A model generated the notes under the pieces. The model saw only the letters and a list, made by a program, of their open reading frames with translations, searched no databases and was not told the DNA's origin. DNA of 64,000 nt from Haliotis rubra (taxonomy: Eukaryota): assembly GCF_003918875.1 (NCBI RefSeq), contig NW_025767213.1, positions 682,001 to 746,000 on the forward strand, read 5' to 3'. Below, piece after piece: positions 63,835 to 64,000 of the stretch; the stretch's first letter is position 1, and each line of letters opens with the position of its first letter. The position numbers and the translations under genes are program-made.

Positions 63835-63943
63835 GGGCCTAGATTTTCGAAGCTCTCTTAGCGCTAATATAGTCGTAAGGTAATATTAATGTATGGCACT
63901 TACGACTATCTTAGCGCTAAGAGAGCTTCGAAAATCTAGACCT
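63835..63943. mobile_element. Short palindromic MITE-like element
   Basis: Near-perfect arms of about 45 bp (CTAGATTTTCGAAGCTCTCTTAGCGCTAA.ATAGTCGTAAG and CTTACGACTAT.TTAGCGCTAAGAGAGCTTCGAAAATCTAG) around a spacer of about 20 bp. Confidence 0.75.
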
Positions 63944-64000
63944 AGGCCTCATCAAAACTTTCAAAACGTTTCATGGTAAACACATTTTTCAGGCGGAAAA

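Overview
Eukaryotic (animal) genomic DNA: AT-rich, intron-rich and repeat-rich. The repeat landscape suggests a mollusc, possibly a gastropod, but this is inference only. Reading splice sites by hand gives two real gene sets that the ORF track largely misses. (1) A tandem cluster of three paralogous + strand genes (CDS 2556-4728, 12390-16942, 20653-27818) encodes small secreted proteins of 154, 151 and 124 aa. They are built from phase-1 symmetric exons of 37-40 codons, each carrying a 4-Cys module, and I cannot assign them to a named family. (2) Five coding exons on the - strand (55195-37023) encode the ECL1/TM3-to-C-terminus part of a class A peptide-receptor-like GPCR; I did not find its 5' exon(s) in the window. 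The rest includes a decayed 5'-truncated CR1/L2-group LINE with TSD inserted in a 33-bp minisatellite, several tRNA-derived SINEs with TSDs, Tc1/mariner remnants, MITE-like hairpins and many minisatellites (24-72 bp units). Most of the long ORFs in the track are artefacts of these repeats.
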